Source: Klebsormidium nitens (taxonomy: Eukaryota > Plantae > Klebsormidiophyceae). Taken from it: DNA of 64,000 bases. Location: NCBI GenBank assembly GCA_000708835.1, contig DF237404.1, forward strand, positions 11,759-75,758, written 5' to 3'. The position numbers and the translations under genes were made by a program. Below the pieces are notes generated by a model, which did not search any database, had not been told where the DNA came from, and saw only the letters and a list, made by a program, of their open reading frames with translations. Of this stretch, positions 36,922-50,244 are shown in pieces; within the stretch, counting starts at the first letter, position 1, and every line of letters starts with the position of its first letter.

Positions 36922-38529
36922 CTGTAGGAAATGAACGCCGTTGACGAGTGAGCACATCAAAGAATGCGGGCTACTTGCCAGATAAGCAGTTGGGAGACCG
37001 TTTGATTGATGACATGAAGACCATATATTCGGCCATGGTCAGAGTCAGATTTCTGGGTGACCACGAGCGCAATGGGCAGATCCTGAACAAACTGCATGAA
37101 AGAAACGGTCACTATGACATTTAAAACATGGTTCAACTCAGCGTCCATTTATATTGGGCCAATGTCATCGCTGCAGCAAATACATGGTATGTCCATCAAC
37201 AAATGCATCCAATCTGGACCTCATTCAATGCTCTGCTTTCAACGTACTAGAAACAGTCTGCCAGCATCTGATGCAGGGGTGATGGGTCTGTTCGACCCCT
37301 CAGTTGTGAGCTGCCAGTATTCTCATCGCACACAAGGTGATCATAGGGCCCGAAACAACGGGCAGTGCGGTGCGGCCAGGATGCTGCTTGCACTGCTTGA
37401 CGTCAAGTAGGACTTGACAATGAAGCCACTCTACTCCAAGTAGTCAAGTTTGTGGTTTGTCAACTTGAAGAGCCTCAATCATGACAATTGTAGATGCAAA
37501 CCCTAAACACCTCCTGCTCAGCAAACTTCAGAAGGAGCGCGGCCTGCTTACAGCAGTGATTCACACATGGCCAGCAATGCAACCTCAAGTCCGTGAAGCG
37601 ACCTTATCAGCATGTGCAGTTGTCAAGGTTTGGGTTGTGGCTTCATTCTCCTTGTTGACTTTCATAAAGCACTTTCTTTGAAAGCCACTTGCATTTGTGA
37701 ACTTTACGTGGCAGAACTAGGATTCATGCTATCCAAACAATGACATAGAGGTTAGAATGAGGACCTATGACGTGTATATATTGAGCAGACACCCATATTT
37801 GAATAAGTACCTATCTGCAAACATGCATGAAGCTCCACATGCCGAGAGCCTGATGATACAATAAGGAGAGAAGCAATCGATATCCACAGCCAGACCATAT
37901 TCAAAGTACAGACGTATCAAAATGCAAATGATTATAACCAGGTTGGAAGGGGCACATACCCGATTGCAACCACCTACAGCATTGCAGGAGTCTCGTTCCC
38001 TGGCAACCAAGAGCCTCTCTCCTCACAAGTTCTGGCCTTCCCAACAGCCGGGCAAGATGCCAAGCTCTCAACCCCAGCATAGCTGTTGAAGTCTCTCGTT
38101 AACTCCTTCCTCCGTTGTATCCTTTCCCGCGCAAAAGAAAGAGATGCTCGAGAAAAGCAGAACTCTTTCTCCTGGACCTCCGGCTCCAGCTATAATCCTG
38201 AACAAATGGTAATCATAAACTCTTCTGGAAAGGGAGGCAGACCGCCCATGAAACAGAAGCTGCAGAACAACTTGAAGTTGACGAGGAAGATGACTTTTAT
38301 GCAGCGCCTTTAGCCTATAAAGTTTAACTTTAGGCGAGCGTCCTCTTCCGGATTAGATCACTAGGTATAAGCTTCGTGATCTATTTGAAGAGGTCAAGAG
38401 TGGTCTTTCGTCAGAGGAAAGTGCCAAAAGATCTTGCATGAGAAAAGGGCTTTTAGGGCTGTGAAGTTTAAACGAAATGGTTGGTACATAGATTGTGATG
38501 TGCGACACCATTGCATCCGAGTTGACCAA

Positions 38530-38638
38530 GGGGGGTTAGCTCAGTTGGTTAGAGTATTTGTCTTACAACTGCCGACGACAGCATGTCGTGAAGCAGGAGG
38601 AGCACAAAATGTCCAGGGTTCGAGACCCTGATCCCCCA
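38530..38638 (+). tRNA. trnV-UAC: tRNA-Val(UAC) with a 35-nt intron at canonical position 37/38
   Basis: Acceptor stem GGGGGGT/ATCCCCC-A; D arm GCTC-AGTTGGTTA-GAGT; anticodon stem TTTGT/ACAAA with CT-TAC-A; intron 38568-38602; T arm CAGGG-TTCGAGA-CCCTG. An upstream CAA and a downstream T4 run are present. Confidence 0.88.
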
Positions 38639-41600
38639 CATCACACGTTGCCTTTTGCTATCACTCACCCTTTTGCTGGGCAGCTTGTTACGTATCTAGT
38701 ACAGCTGCCTTCAATGCGCGAGTGCACCATTGGTTTGCAATGCAGAGATGATTTAACGGTTTGCACACATCAACTTCTTCACAGCTTCCTTCAATGACCG
38801 AGCCCAATGAGAATGCAACTTAAACGGCCCTCCATATACCACTGCCATTCTGCCATGCTATGTGATCGAATTAAGCACATGGCCGCAGCACAGAAACACG
38901 GAGGTTCGCATAAGTTTTCCTCCATATGCAATTAGTAAGTATGCCTTCGGTTCCTATATATAGTTCAATCATTCCTCAGACCTACGACGCTAAGTTTGGG
39001 ACCAACCTTACTGACGGGAACTGCCGAACACCGATGCTACTAAGATTGGACAAGTTGATCTTGAATCTTGCTAATTCCTATGTTCAATTCGTTTGGGTTC
39101 ACATAAATTCTCAATCTGCAACATGACAGTGAAGCATGAGATTTGTTGATAGAGCTAGCGCGTCTTCACATTCGAATGTTGGTCATCAAGAGCTTCCTAA
39201 AAGGAAACCTCCAACGTCCAATCAACGACATCTAGATATCCCTCGTGAAGCACCACCTTGTATCTCTATGATTAGAATTCACCCTTGACGAAAATCTCAA
39301 TAACATACCACCCCATGCATACCATTCAAGACGAGACGAGCAGACATGAAGAGGTGTTGTACATCCGAACGGCATGAAGTTGATTGACCTTGTCAGCATA
39401 CTAGGATCGTATACCCCCCCTAAGCGCCACTACTTTCACACTCTAAAAAGCTCCAAATCAAGCACCGGGATAGAATGCGCCACAAATTCCTCAAGTACCA
39501 TGTTCAAGTAGCTGGCATGAGTCCCTTGTTGGGGGAAGGAGGTACAAACAGATTCCTCCCGACAGCAACAATTGCAACTCTCTATTGCAATTGCAGTTAG
39601 CTCGTCTTTACAATCTTGAGTTCTACCGTACTCCTTGAAATCAGTGCCTTACATGGGTGAAAGACACAAGTCTTCTTCTGGAGGAGAGCGAGCAACCGGC
39701 AGACATCAAAAGTAAGCTCTTCTTGCTCATAATGTCCACCGGTTGCCAGTCCCCCTCCACAAGAGACTTGTGCCACTAGCAATTTGCGATTCCAGCAACA
39801 TCTATGCAATAGCCCTATGCTTACATGATACTAGACAAACCTCCAGCTCTTTTGAAGTACCCCCCCAACACCTTCAACCCACTACCCCCTGGATGGAAAC
39901 AAGCAACCGGCAAGCACCACGTGCAACAACTAGTTGGACGCAATGCTCACCGGTTGCCAGTCCCCCTCCAAGAGAAGTGCCTCGCAAGAAGCTGACTCTC
40001 TGCAGAGAAAAAAATCTGTAAGATCTTCGGCAACCTTAGAGACTTGCTACAAGCTTCCTTAATAGATGGCAACAACCCAATAAGACCATACAAGCAACAC
40101 AAATGCAAGATCAAGATACACCGACCTTGGGCAAGCTTCGCTTGTAGGCAGGGGCACAATGCAGAATGAGCCGTATCTGAACTTGGTTAAATTTAAAAGA
40201 GCAAACAGCTCAGCTGCTAATAGCAAGACACTAACAAGCAGAATTGGGGCATATGAGGGGCACACTCCAAGAAGTGAGCAATCTGTATGCTGGCCCAGCA
40301 ATGAAATGCAAACAAAGATTTGAAATAACACCCGAACACCAAGAAGTCAAGTGCGTGACACAAAACAGGTGCACAAGAAACAGGACATTGAAGTAATTGA
40401 AGCTTCAACAGAAGCGATTCATCTGACCCCAACAAGCTGAATTTGTTAGATAGCCTGGGAACAACCAGGTCTACATGACGGGGTGTAAGCTCACAAGTCC
40501 GCGGAAAACTCATATGTAAGCAGGCGCTCTAGAGGAAACATCAAATGTAAAAGGCAATCACCCGCAACCCCTAGTGTAAAAGCTTTCATGACAAACTTCA
40601 ATGTGGAGCATTTGTTGATCAATGAAATGCCTCCAAATAATAGATTGAACAACATGCAAAAAAACACCAGCAGAGCTTCTGTAATATTAAACCAGCCAAT
40701 ATGTCTTGAAAATGTGGAGTAAGCACATTGCAGGGCAGATGAAGAAGATAAAGAACGAAACGCACTTGGATTACAATCTTTCAGATTTTTCAATCTTTTT
40801 GAACACGACGCTAACTGAGACTCACACACCAATTGATTGAGTACACAGGCCCCTGGTACAGGCTGGCAGCCCTAGCAAGGTGGGGTTACTGTCTGATCGC
40901 CCACAATAATCAATGCAGTAGAAGCTTTGATTGTACTTGGCACATCTTACATCTCCTGCAAGCTCTGTTACAGCAGTCCCCTATGACAAGCAATCTGTCA
41001 GACAACTAATGAGAGAGTCTCTGACCAGAGACTCTGAAGACATTTCGTGACAAACCAAACAAAGACCAGTGAGCTTGTGCAGCAGGTGCAGATTGCACTG
41101 ATCGCTGAATGGTGCGCTGGACGGATAAAACATCGAAGTTGTCTAACCAGAACGGCCCGCAAATTAAGCTTAAAACCCTTGATCGATCCAAATCCTGTTT
41201 TCAATCACCATTTTGAATTGAAATGCCACCCATGAAGGCATCACTCTGTGCGAACCTGAAAGAAGAAGAACTTGGTAGACCACCGTCTGTGAGCCTCCTG
41301 ATATCTCCCTGAAACTGCACATGCATCTCATTCCTATAGCGTTAACTTCCCGACAAATAGGCAACACATACCTCAAGTGGTGACCATAGCTTACCTTATA
41401 TTTTCGCAGGCTGCTGGGCTGTAAAATGGCGAACCCCAGAGGACGCAATTCTGCTAACATCAAATACCATTCTGAGGACGTGATCCTTCGCCTGGAGGAC
41501 CTGGCGGTTGTCCAAGAAAGCTTCACTTGAACAAGGCCAGTCCATTTTGCGAGCTGGCAGGGTCAACCAATAACCTGAACAAGAGAGTTTTCAATGATCA

Positions 41601-43718
41601 GAACCTGAGTGAGGGGAGCGGCCAAGAAGCATCCAGGACTTCAGGGAAACCTATGCAAGCATTTAAAGCCACACTTGTTAAACCCAGTCGTTATCACACT
41701 AACACGTTAGAAATCAAGCAAGACAGCAAATCAAGAACAAAACAGAGGTGACAAGCATTTAAATTGCTCCCATGTCTAAGAGGAGCTAGCAGCTTGCAGC
41801 CGGCTTAGGTGCAAACTGGGGTACCTAATCGAGAAGCAATGCCCTGAACAAAAGAAGCTTAGAAATCATTCAAGTTGCAGGCTTACCTGACAAAGGTTTC
41901 ACTAGTACAGGCATCCATCTGTTGGGTGCAGTCAGTGCCAAAGAAAGATCCGGAAACCATGGTAAGGACAGTCCTCTAAGTTCACGCCATTTTAAGAGCT
42001 CCGACAACCCGCTATGGCAACTCATACATTGATTATGGCAGTAGAGAAATGCGACACCTGGAACAAGCGATGGCCCTCAATGGGTGAGAGCACCATTGCT
42101 TATAAACCCGCCTCGCACACCCGCTGTTCTTGGATTTATTAGCACCAGGCGGAAATTCAGGGGCATGAACCAGCTGGTCCAGCTCGTGGGTCGTCTTTGA
42201 AGTTTGATCTTCTTCCAAGCTTCATGCAGGCGCCATGATTCCGAACTTGCGCGCTAGCTGGACCGTTGAACCACTTCTTACATTTACCGTGGTACGGTAG
42301 GCTTTTACTTTTGTTGTACAGGTCGGGCCAGGACTTTCGTTCCGAAAGAACGACAGTTACTGTCGTTGACGCTGAAAAGTTCCTTGACGACTGCAGAAAG
42401 GGCCAGGTCCAGTCAGACATTGCTTGCGGTGTCAGTGTCGAGGGCAGACTTCTCAATCGTCGTCGAACTCACGAAACCGTCCACTGCAACTTCCCGGTGA
42501 CTTTCTGAAATATCTAACGCGATCGGATCCTGTCACCCGGTGCCTACACTGCCAGAGAAAGCGTTACGTACTCCGGTTCTGACAATGACATCTTAGATAT
42601 TGTCAATCATGATCATCATAGCGTACCGGCACTTTTGTTGGCGGGCCTTGGGAGTGCTAATAGTGGGCGTTGGCGAGGTGTATGGTCGCTTGAAATTGGA
42701 GGAAAATGCAAGAAATATCTAATCTGAATTCGAACTGTGTTTGTCATCGAAAACGCAGCAACACTGGATGGTAGCCTTTAAGACCCCAGTACGTACCTCA
42801 GTGGCATTTATGGAACCATCATAACAACCCGCCTGACAAAAAGTTTTCAAAAGAGGAGGGAAGTTGACGTGGCGGCTCGGGAAGTACACTTGAGGAACAC
42901 TTCGAATGCCACGAATATCTACGAGTCCCACGCGTGAAGCCTCCACCAATAAGAACACCTCAAAGTTCCAGGTGGGACGCCGAAGTTTGCGGGACGGTTG
43001 GTGTCAGATTCAAGTCTCCTTCCATTCCTCCGCAAGGTCCCACGTGACGGTCAAAGGCACGGCGCAACGGTAAGATGGCCGCAAGGAGCAGATTCGTTGA
43101 GCTTGCATGATGGAATGATGGAAGAGTACGTGTGCTAGCTCGCAAGAATAATCATTCCACAACGCTTCAATGCAGACTCAGAAAGCTTGTTTTAGAGGTT
43201 GCCAACGGCGGTGTGCGTCAGGAGAGAAAATCACAAAACTTGCGATAGATGACCCGTAGCATTAGTAGCACTATGTGCAAGTTGCTTTTAAAAGGCAGTC
43301 ATGCATCGCCTCAAACCCTTCAATCTTTCAACGGTGGTCTGCACATCAATATATGTAAAGTAGAAATTCTGCTTGAAGACCTCGCTGCAATGCTGTGGCG
43401 AGTTGCACGGAGTTGCTGCATCCGATATCGAAGTGGCCAAGCTACCTAGTTACGTCTAATTAATTGCAGCAACATCAAGTCAAGTCATGGCTTTCTCCTT
43501 CTAGGGCCTCAAACAGGCATTGGAGAACATCCTGTGGAATCACTCGAGTTACAAGTCCTACAATGGTACACGCTCTACTATGCGACTCCAATGAAAAGTA
43601 GAAGAGCATGCCCAAAGTGAATTGCACTCACTCGAATATGCTGAAACTCCCCATCAGTCCAACGATTTTGTCGATCAGTCCAAACTTTGCTTGCTCCCAA
43701 CAGAGCCGATTTGCTACT

Positions 43719-46700
43719 TCAGCACACTTTGCAGCTTTTTCGGCAGCTTCCAGCATATTGTGGAGAACCCACCATGTAGTCCGGGTTCTTCTCACATTCC
43801 CCTTGAGCTGCCCATTGATCGCAATGCTCGTTGACGTCTTCACATCCATTTGGATCCACCTGTCATGGTTGTGTAGATGTCAGCCATCAATTCCACGCAG
43901 AAGTCGCTATTTAAGCCAACAAATCAAATGGGCTAAGTCCACGCGCTCGACAAAATACATAGGTGCTCAGGAGTCCAGCGCCACTGTGTCCTATGGTGCG
44001 AAAACCCCATACACCAACCGCAACATTCAGGGAAAACGTTTTCAGGATTTGCTTTGAACTTCGGACACAATTTGCCAGAATCAATTTAAAACAAGGGCCC
44101 ATCTGACAACAAAGTAAATCAGAAGTAAAAAGCGGAATACCAAAAAGTGCTCCAGGCCTCTGAACACAAAAGACACACAATCAGGGCCGGACGCAAATAT
44201 GTTACAGCAGCAATGTCCACAAGCTCGTGCAAAGGAGTCATAGCCGTCCCAAGATAGCTGTGAACTCGTCTGCTGCAGACAAGCGCAGTCGACGAACTTA
44301 GTGATGGTTGAAGGTGGGCAGCAATTGCACTCTGACCCGGTTGATCCAAGCGCCCCGTCCCTAGGTTGCGCCTTTTCGTCGATCCAAACAGTCGCTTGAG
44401 CAAGCTTCGCCAGTGCAGAAACCGTGTCAGACAGACCGCAGTTGAAGTGGCGAGAGCAGCATACCTTCGGCCTATCGAAGGACGCCACGTGCATCCATTT
44501 GGTGGCGCTCCACTTCTCGCCCTGCTCGACTGGGCAGCCCCCGTGCAGGCTGTTGTCGTCGGTGGAGGCGTCGGGGTGCAGGCTGAAGAACAGGAGCGCG
44601 TCTCCTTTCTTCGGCTTGACTGTAAGAAAGCAACCGAACGGTAAGCTTGCGTCACAGGTCAGATGATAGACTGGAGTGGATGAGGTGCCCCTTTTTCTGG
44701 TGGCACCAAACAGGTTCCGCTCTGGGTCCCCCTTTGTTAAAAATCGGTTAGTCCTTTCTCAGGTTCTTGATGCCAAGCCTGAACGTTTTGTGAACCAAAG
44801 TTTCACTCGTGAGATCGTTCGAGTGCTGATCGCGACTGCAGCCTCAATTTTGCTTTGGTCGAGAAAGCTATCAGGAAGCTCTTCTCTTTTACACGGCCCA
44901 CCACTTTGACCAAGTGCAATGCTGTGGCGCACCCTCAAAAGCGGTCATCCTCACGGATCGCAGCTGCCCTGGTGTTTCTTATTGCGGTCCAGAAGGGGAA
45001 AATGAAAGCGAGTAAGTCGACTGACGGCTCGCACAGCGACCGTTGTCTTCGAGTCCGCCGACAATTTGAAGAGTAGTCGGACTAGAAGAAAGGATTTTAC
45101 GGAACTGCGTCTGCTAAAACGAAGAAAAGGGGACCAGTTGCAGATTACACAGACGAAGGGAATGTGCGCCACTCCAACAGGAAATGGAGGAGAGTCTCGT
45201 CCTTGCATAGTACAACGGCGGGTCGTAGTGACCCTCTTTCCAGAACCGGTAGTCACTCAACCCGTCTACCCAAGTCGATTGAGCTGCTCCAAAAAGCCGA
45301 TGATGTTTCGTCACGTCTCCGGGCTGCTTAATGTGGGCGTCTAACCACGTGGTTCCGCACCAATACCTGCGCAAAGCGTCTTGCTCTGGCCTCACTGAGT
45401 AATTCGTCTCTGGTTACTCCATTGAGAGACTCGAAATATTGGCATACGGACCAATTGACCACCGCATGGTTACGGGCGCCACGCTGACCTCTTTGATACA
45501 GTATGATCCGCTTACCTGCAACCCCCTTTTTGGCGCACTCGGACCAGGTGTCGTCCTTCAAGCGGGTGTCGGGCTCGGACTTGGGGAAGACCGTCTCCCC
45601 GCCCTTGCCTACGTGGCTCAGGTACATGAGAACGGTGGCAATGCGGTGGCCCCCCAGCTGGATGTTGTACTTGTCGTGGAAGAAGTCGAAGTGCGGGTCT
45701 GCGAAATAAGAGACCCGGCATCGTGTTAAGTGTTGGTAAAGGTCTGGAAAGCTGGGCAAAAGAAGAGGGAGCGAAGACGCTCTAGACGATTAGGGACGAT
45801 GTTGATACTTGTCGTGGAAGAAGACAAAACGAGGATTTGCGAATAAAAGACCCGGAGCGAAACGAAGCCATTGTTTTCATCAAAGGGGTCGCAAAACAAG
45901 GCGAAAGAAGAGGAGTGAAGAAGCTCTGGTCGAAACAGACTAACGTGTACTCAACGAGAAAAATGTCAGAGTGGGGATTTGCGGAAAGGAAAGTTTCTGT
46001 GAAAATGAAGGCGATTGGCTTTGGCGTCATTCAAGCGGTTGGAACGCGGGGCGAGGAAGCACTAGACGTATACGGACTGTTGTTGGACTTGTCGATGTGG
46101 GATTCTGCGAAAATCTCATTGTGGATGGAGGCAATTGGTGTCGGCAATCTCTCAAGGTCTTAAAAAGCGGGGCGAAAGAAGAGATAGCGAACAAGCATGA
46201 GCGAATTCGCGAAGTCTGCACGGAATGTTGTTGGCTCTCGTCAAAGATAAATGGTCCGCTCGGTCGCTCTATCCGCCATCATGTCAAATAAGAGACTCAG
46301 GCAGAGACACGGGGAAGGCACGTAGGAGCGAAGTCGTTGTCGATTCAGTCCGCGAAGATAAATGTCCTCACAGCGGGGACGTGAGCTTCAAAAAGGGACA
46401 CGTAACATGGATATGCACACATGAGCTTGAGGCGCTGAAGGGCGGGCATTTGAAAGCGGAAGTTCCTATACTGGGAAGCAGGTCGTTTGGACGATGAGAG
46501 ACGAAGCAGAGGAAACGGCTCTAGTCGACTAAACAACGAGTTTTCCAGAATCCTATTGAGGCGCCATTCTATTTCCAGTTCGTCTGCTGATGGATCCGAG
46601 TTCGATCCGAAGACGACACCTAGAGAATAGTGCTGACTGACGGCCGTCCCGGATCAAGACCACAGCTATGCATCTGACCAGCTTATTACGGACACGATGT

Positions 46701-49588
46701 GGGTACAAGCGTTGAGCGTACTGACCGTATTTCTGGCCGTGCTCGTAGCGCAGCACCTGGATTGACTCGCCGTTTTCTGTAACAAAAGCAGAGTCAGAGT
46801 CAGAACTCAGATAGCAGCTCGTGAATGACGCGTTAGATCGGAGACTAAACAGGCCTCAGATATCAAACATTTTATCCAGCTTCAACGTTCAGTCGGAATT
46901 AAAGTGCCGTTTTAACCCTGTGTACACACACAGCTTACTGCCTAGGCGGTGCAGGCAATCAAGGAGGTCAAAACGTCGGTTTTTCAGCTCTCCTGCTCAA
47001 TTGAACGAACAGAACTTAGATTTTACTCCAAGGGGGATCCTGATTGTGGAATCAGGACTGAGATTGAGAAAATTCATTGCTAGAATGATTGGCGTTACTG
47101 CTGGATAATGTTTTCAACTTACCAACAGGAATGAAGGTCCATGCAGCGATCTTGGCTTCTATTCGTGCAACAATCTCGTCCTGCAAAGGTAAAGATTGGA
47201 TGCATCCCTTGAGTCTACTGAGTCAAGGAAATCAATGTACCGAACTCGCAGGTAAAGAAGAGCTAAACGTGTGTCTGCTTTGATATGCTCTCGTCCTCCT
47301 TCTGGTAAAGTTTCTGAGATCGCACCCTGTCCTGAAAGTCCATCTGTTGCCCGTGAGTGATGCTTGATAAGTAATTGTTTCATCATTATTTTTTCATCTC
47401 TCTCTCTCTAACAAGCATCGTTTATGACTCAATCAAGCTGAAAGCTATCTTGAGGCCAAGCCATCAGCGCCCAGTCCCTCAATGCCCATTTCGAAAGCGC
47501 GGCACAATCATGAAGAAGACAAATACAAGCACTGGCCAGACCTTGGCGCAGCGGCCCTGACGATTGCTACTTATCATGCCCTCAACTCGTGTGACGACTG
47601 TCGCTATGAAACTTTACAAGATGGTAGATTTGAATTCTGCAGGTACTAGCAACCTAATGTCTCCAATTGAGTGGCGGCTTTAGCAGTAGCACGTTCTGAA
47701 GATGGTGACTTCGACTTCCTTTGTGCATGACGGATAATCAGTTCGTAGGCTCAAACCAAGTCTGCTCAGTTGCGACCAATCCCTCTGCAACACCCCTTGT
47801 TGCACTACCCCAACCCGCCCCCCCTCACCTGGCCCTTTTGCAGGAACATGCCAGAGCTGGTGCGCACTTCGCTCGGGACGCTCTCCCCCGAGGTGCTATC
47901 AGCCACGGTCGACTTCTGGAGCTTGTCGCGGGCCTGTAAGCGGTCAGACTAGACAGTTTGCTTCTGGAGGGGTGAGAATTGGGTGCCGCACCTGAGCTTT
48001 ACGCAGGAACATGCCGGAGCTGGTGCGCCCCTCATTCACAATGCCACCCCCCGTCTTGTCATCTACCACCACGCTCTGCTCGAGATTGCCCCGCGCCTGT
48101 ACAAAGTGCACCCAATGACAGGCGTTGAAAACTATACTAAATGACAAGGTTCTCAACTGAGACCTGCCCAGAGGTGCACTATCCTAAATTCGAAAGTGTT
48201 GCCCCCAGACGTGTGCACAAAGGGCAGTCACACAAGCAGGGCATGAAAGGAGCTACAAGTCAGATATGCCCTTTCCATGCAAGACGCACATCCAGTCCAC
48301 GCAATGCACCAAAGAGCCTTCTTTGAAATTCTGTGGATGCTGACGGGGACATGAAGCAAGCTCTCCAACAAGATAGAGTCTACTCGAAGCGGACTCTGGT
48401 ATGATTGACAAGAATATCTGCCAGCGCCCTGCAAGTGCAAGCAACATATCTCCTGAATCTTGTTGGGCCACAAGAGCATGAACATGTGATGTCCTTGGCT
48501 GGTGTATCTTGCCCTTAATGACAGCAGAAAGTTGCAGTTACTTACCAGCTCCACTAGATGGTCGCACTCCTCGTCAGTCAGGAAGCCATGGTACACCCAA
48601 GCCCTGAAGGCAAAAAGAGGAAGGGGTCTGAGGAAGTTTTCGCCCTCGCTTCACACCAACATTGTCATGAGCACACAAATCCTTTTATCGACTTCTCAAA
48701 AGATCCAGATGGACTAGGAGGTACAAGGTCCCCTGTTAGTAACCAGCAGGGTAGGCAGCCTGGTCAAGTGAAATTCACCTCTGCTGTGCAGATGTTTGCT
48801 TCACACCACTTGACAGGCCCTTGACGGATCGATAACAACGATACAGCTTGTTCCTGTGAATGAGTGCTGGTTGAGTCTAAGGAAGTGCAAAGTTGAAAGG
48901 AGTCCCACTTACCTGGGTTTCCAGGACAAGTGCTCCACTTTTGTTGGATCGACGTGCCAGCTGGATTTGGAGACCACCTGCTGAATTGTGTCTGCCTGCA
49001 GCTGTTTGCTGGTCTGATGACTGCAAGAAGGGGCAATGAGGTCTTCAGGCCTTGATCGAGTAAAGTCATGACTGGAGCAGTAGCAGGCAGGTTGGGCATT
49101 CCCCTTATTGAATTGACGGCAATAGACACGAAGGAGTATCAGTCTGGCTGTCAAAGCTTTTCAGTTCAGACTCTAGAAGCAGGTCAGACCGAGGCTTCAT
49201 TGAAAGTGTCGGAGAGCAGTCAGAGGCTCGTGAAAACTGCGGACATCTGGTCGAAGTATGCAAGCATCTGGATATGATGGAGGTTCCCACATTTTGGAAG
49301 AACCATCATCAGATTGAGGCAGCTGTGAGCAATCAGATTGCACTCTTAGCTCCTTCAGCTGCTGAGAAGCCTTCTCTACAATGGTTGAGCTACATGCTTG
49401 CAAACTCACATGAACACATTACACAACCCTAATCCTTGTATCGTCCTTCGGAGCATGAGAGTGCACAGATTGTATGCCCACCTTTCGCCCAGCCACCCAG
49501 GCAGATCATCTGCTTGGCCAAGCCCCCTCACGGGTCCAATCGCTGAAAGACCGATCAGAAATCCAGTAAGAAGCAGCACGTGCCCCAT
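43719..49588 (-). CDS. P4H: Plant-type prolyl 4-hydroxylase (2OG-Fe(II) dioxygenase) with N-terminal anchor and C-terminal ShKT-like Cys domain
   Basis: Peptides: MGHVLLLTGFLIGL; VEHLSWKPR|AWVYHGFLTDEECDHL; RTSSGMFL (two alternative exons); DEIVARIEAKIAAWTFIPV; ENGESIQVLRYEHGQKY|DPHFDFF (HxD); IATVLMYLSHVGKGGETVFP; LHGGCPVEQGEKWSATKWMH; CEDVNEHCDQWAAQGECEKNPDYM...CRKSCKVC*. Confidence 0.95.
47829..47933 (-). CDS. P4H: P4H candidate mutually exclusive exon B (105 nt)
   Basis: ttacag|ARDKLQKSTVADSTSGESVPSEVRTSSGMFLQKGQ|gtgagg, phase 0/0. Confidence 0.88.
47992..48096 (-). CDS. P4H: P4H candidate mutually exclusive exon A (105 nt)
   Basis: acag|ARGNLEQSVVVDDKTGGGIVNEGRTSSGMFLRKAQ|gtgcgg, phase 0/0. 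Confidence 0.85.
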
Positions 49589-50244
49589 TTTGGCCCCTTT
49601 TCCAAATAACTTGTCCCAGAGGCAGAAGAAGCAGGCAAACGGTTGTGGAGCTTGTGGTCCTCACGCCTAAAAGCTGAGAGTCATGTCCTGGGCAGTGCCT
49701 GCAGGGCTACTTCATGCGTCCTTGCGCAAGCTCTCATTTGGTCCTCCTCCACATTGATTCTGACTGGCTACAGTTCAGTGTACCTATTTTTGAAGTCTTT
49801 TGAAGACAGGCACGGTTTTAAGAAAGAAAGTTGATTCTCAAAAGGGCATCCCCTTGACACACAGAGCAGAGCAAGGCTCCGAAGCGACGCAGAGATCTAC
49901 CACCTATGCAACCGATTCTCAAGAAATGTGCACACAAACCGATTGGTATAGAATCAGCTCCTCCTATAGCAGACTGTGATGTCCTTGACTTGCTGACCAC
50001 TTTTGCTTCTCTTGTCATTGACTCGTCTGTCATTGCTGAGGCCCAGGGAGACGCTCAGCTTCCCAGCTGAGCAGCTCCAGCTTCCCTAGCTCCGCATCTG
50101 AACATATTGGAGCAGCTTTACAGCCTCCTGCTCCGTTCAATTTCAGTACTCTTGGCTTCTGCGATTGCAGCACAAGTTGGACGTGTTGATTCTTGCAGAA
50201 AGTGCACTCAACACCAACAAGGTTCTTTCTATGCGAGCAATGGC

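Noticed and set aside
49197-49409. Possible extra P4H exon (EKASQQLKEL...)
   Set aside because: Ends in a stop without a usable donor; exon 1 joins in phase to the exon starting near 49020 without it.
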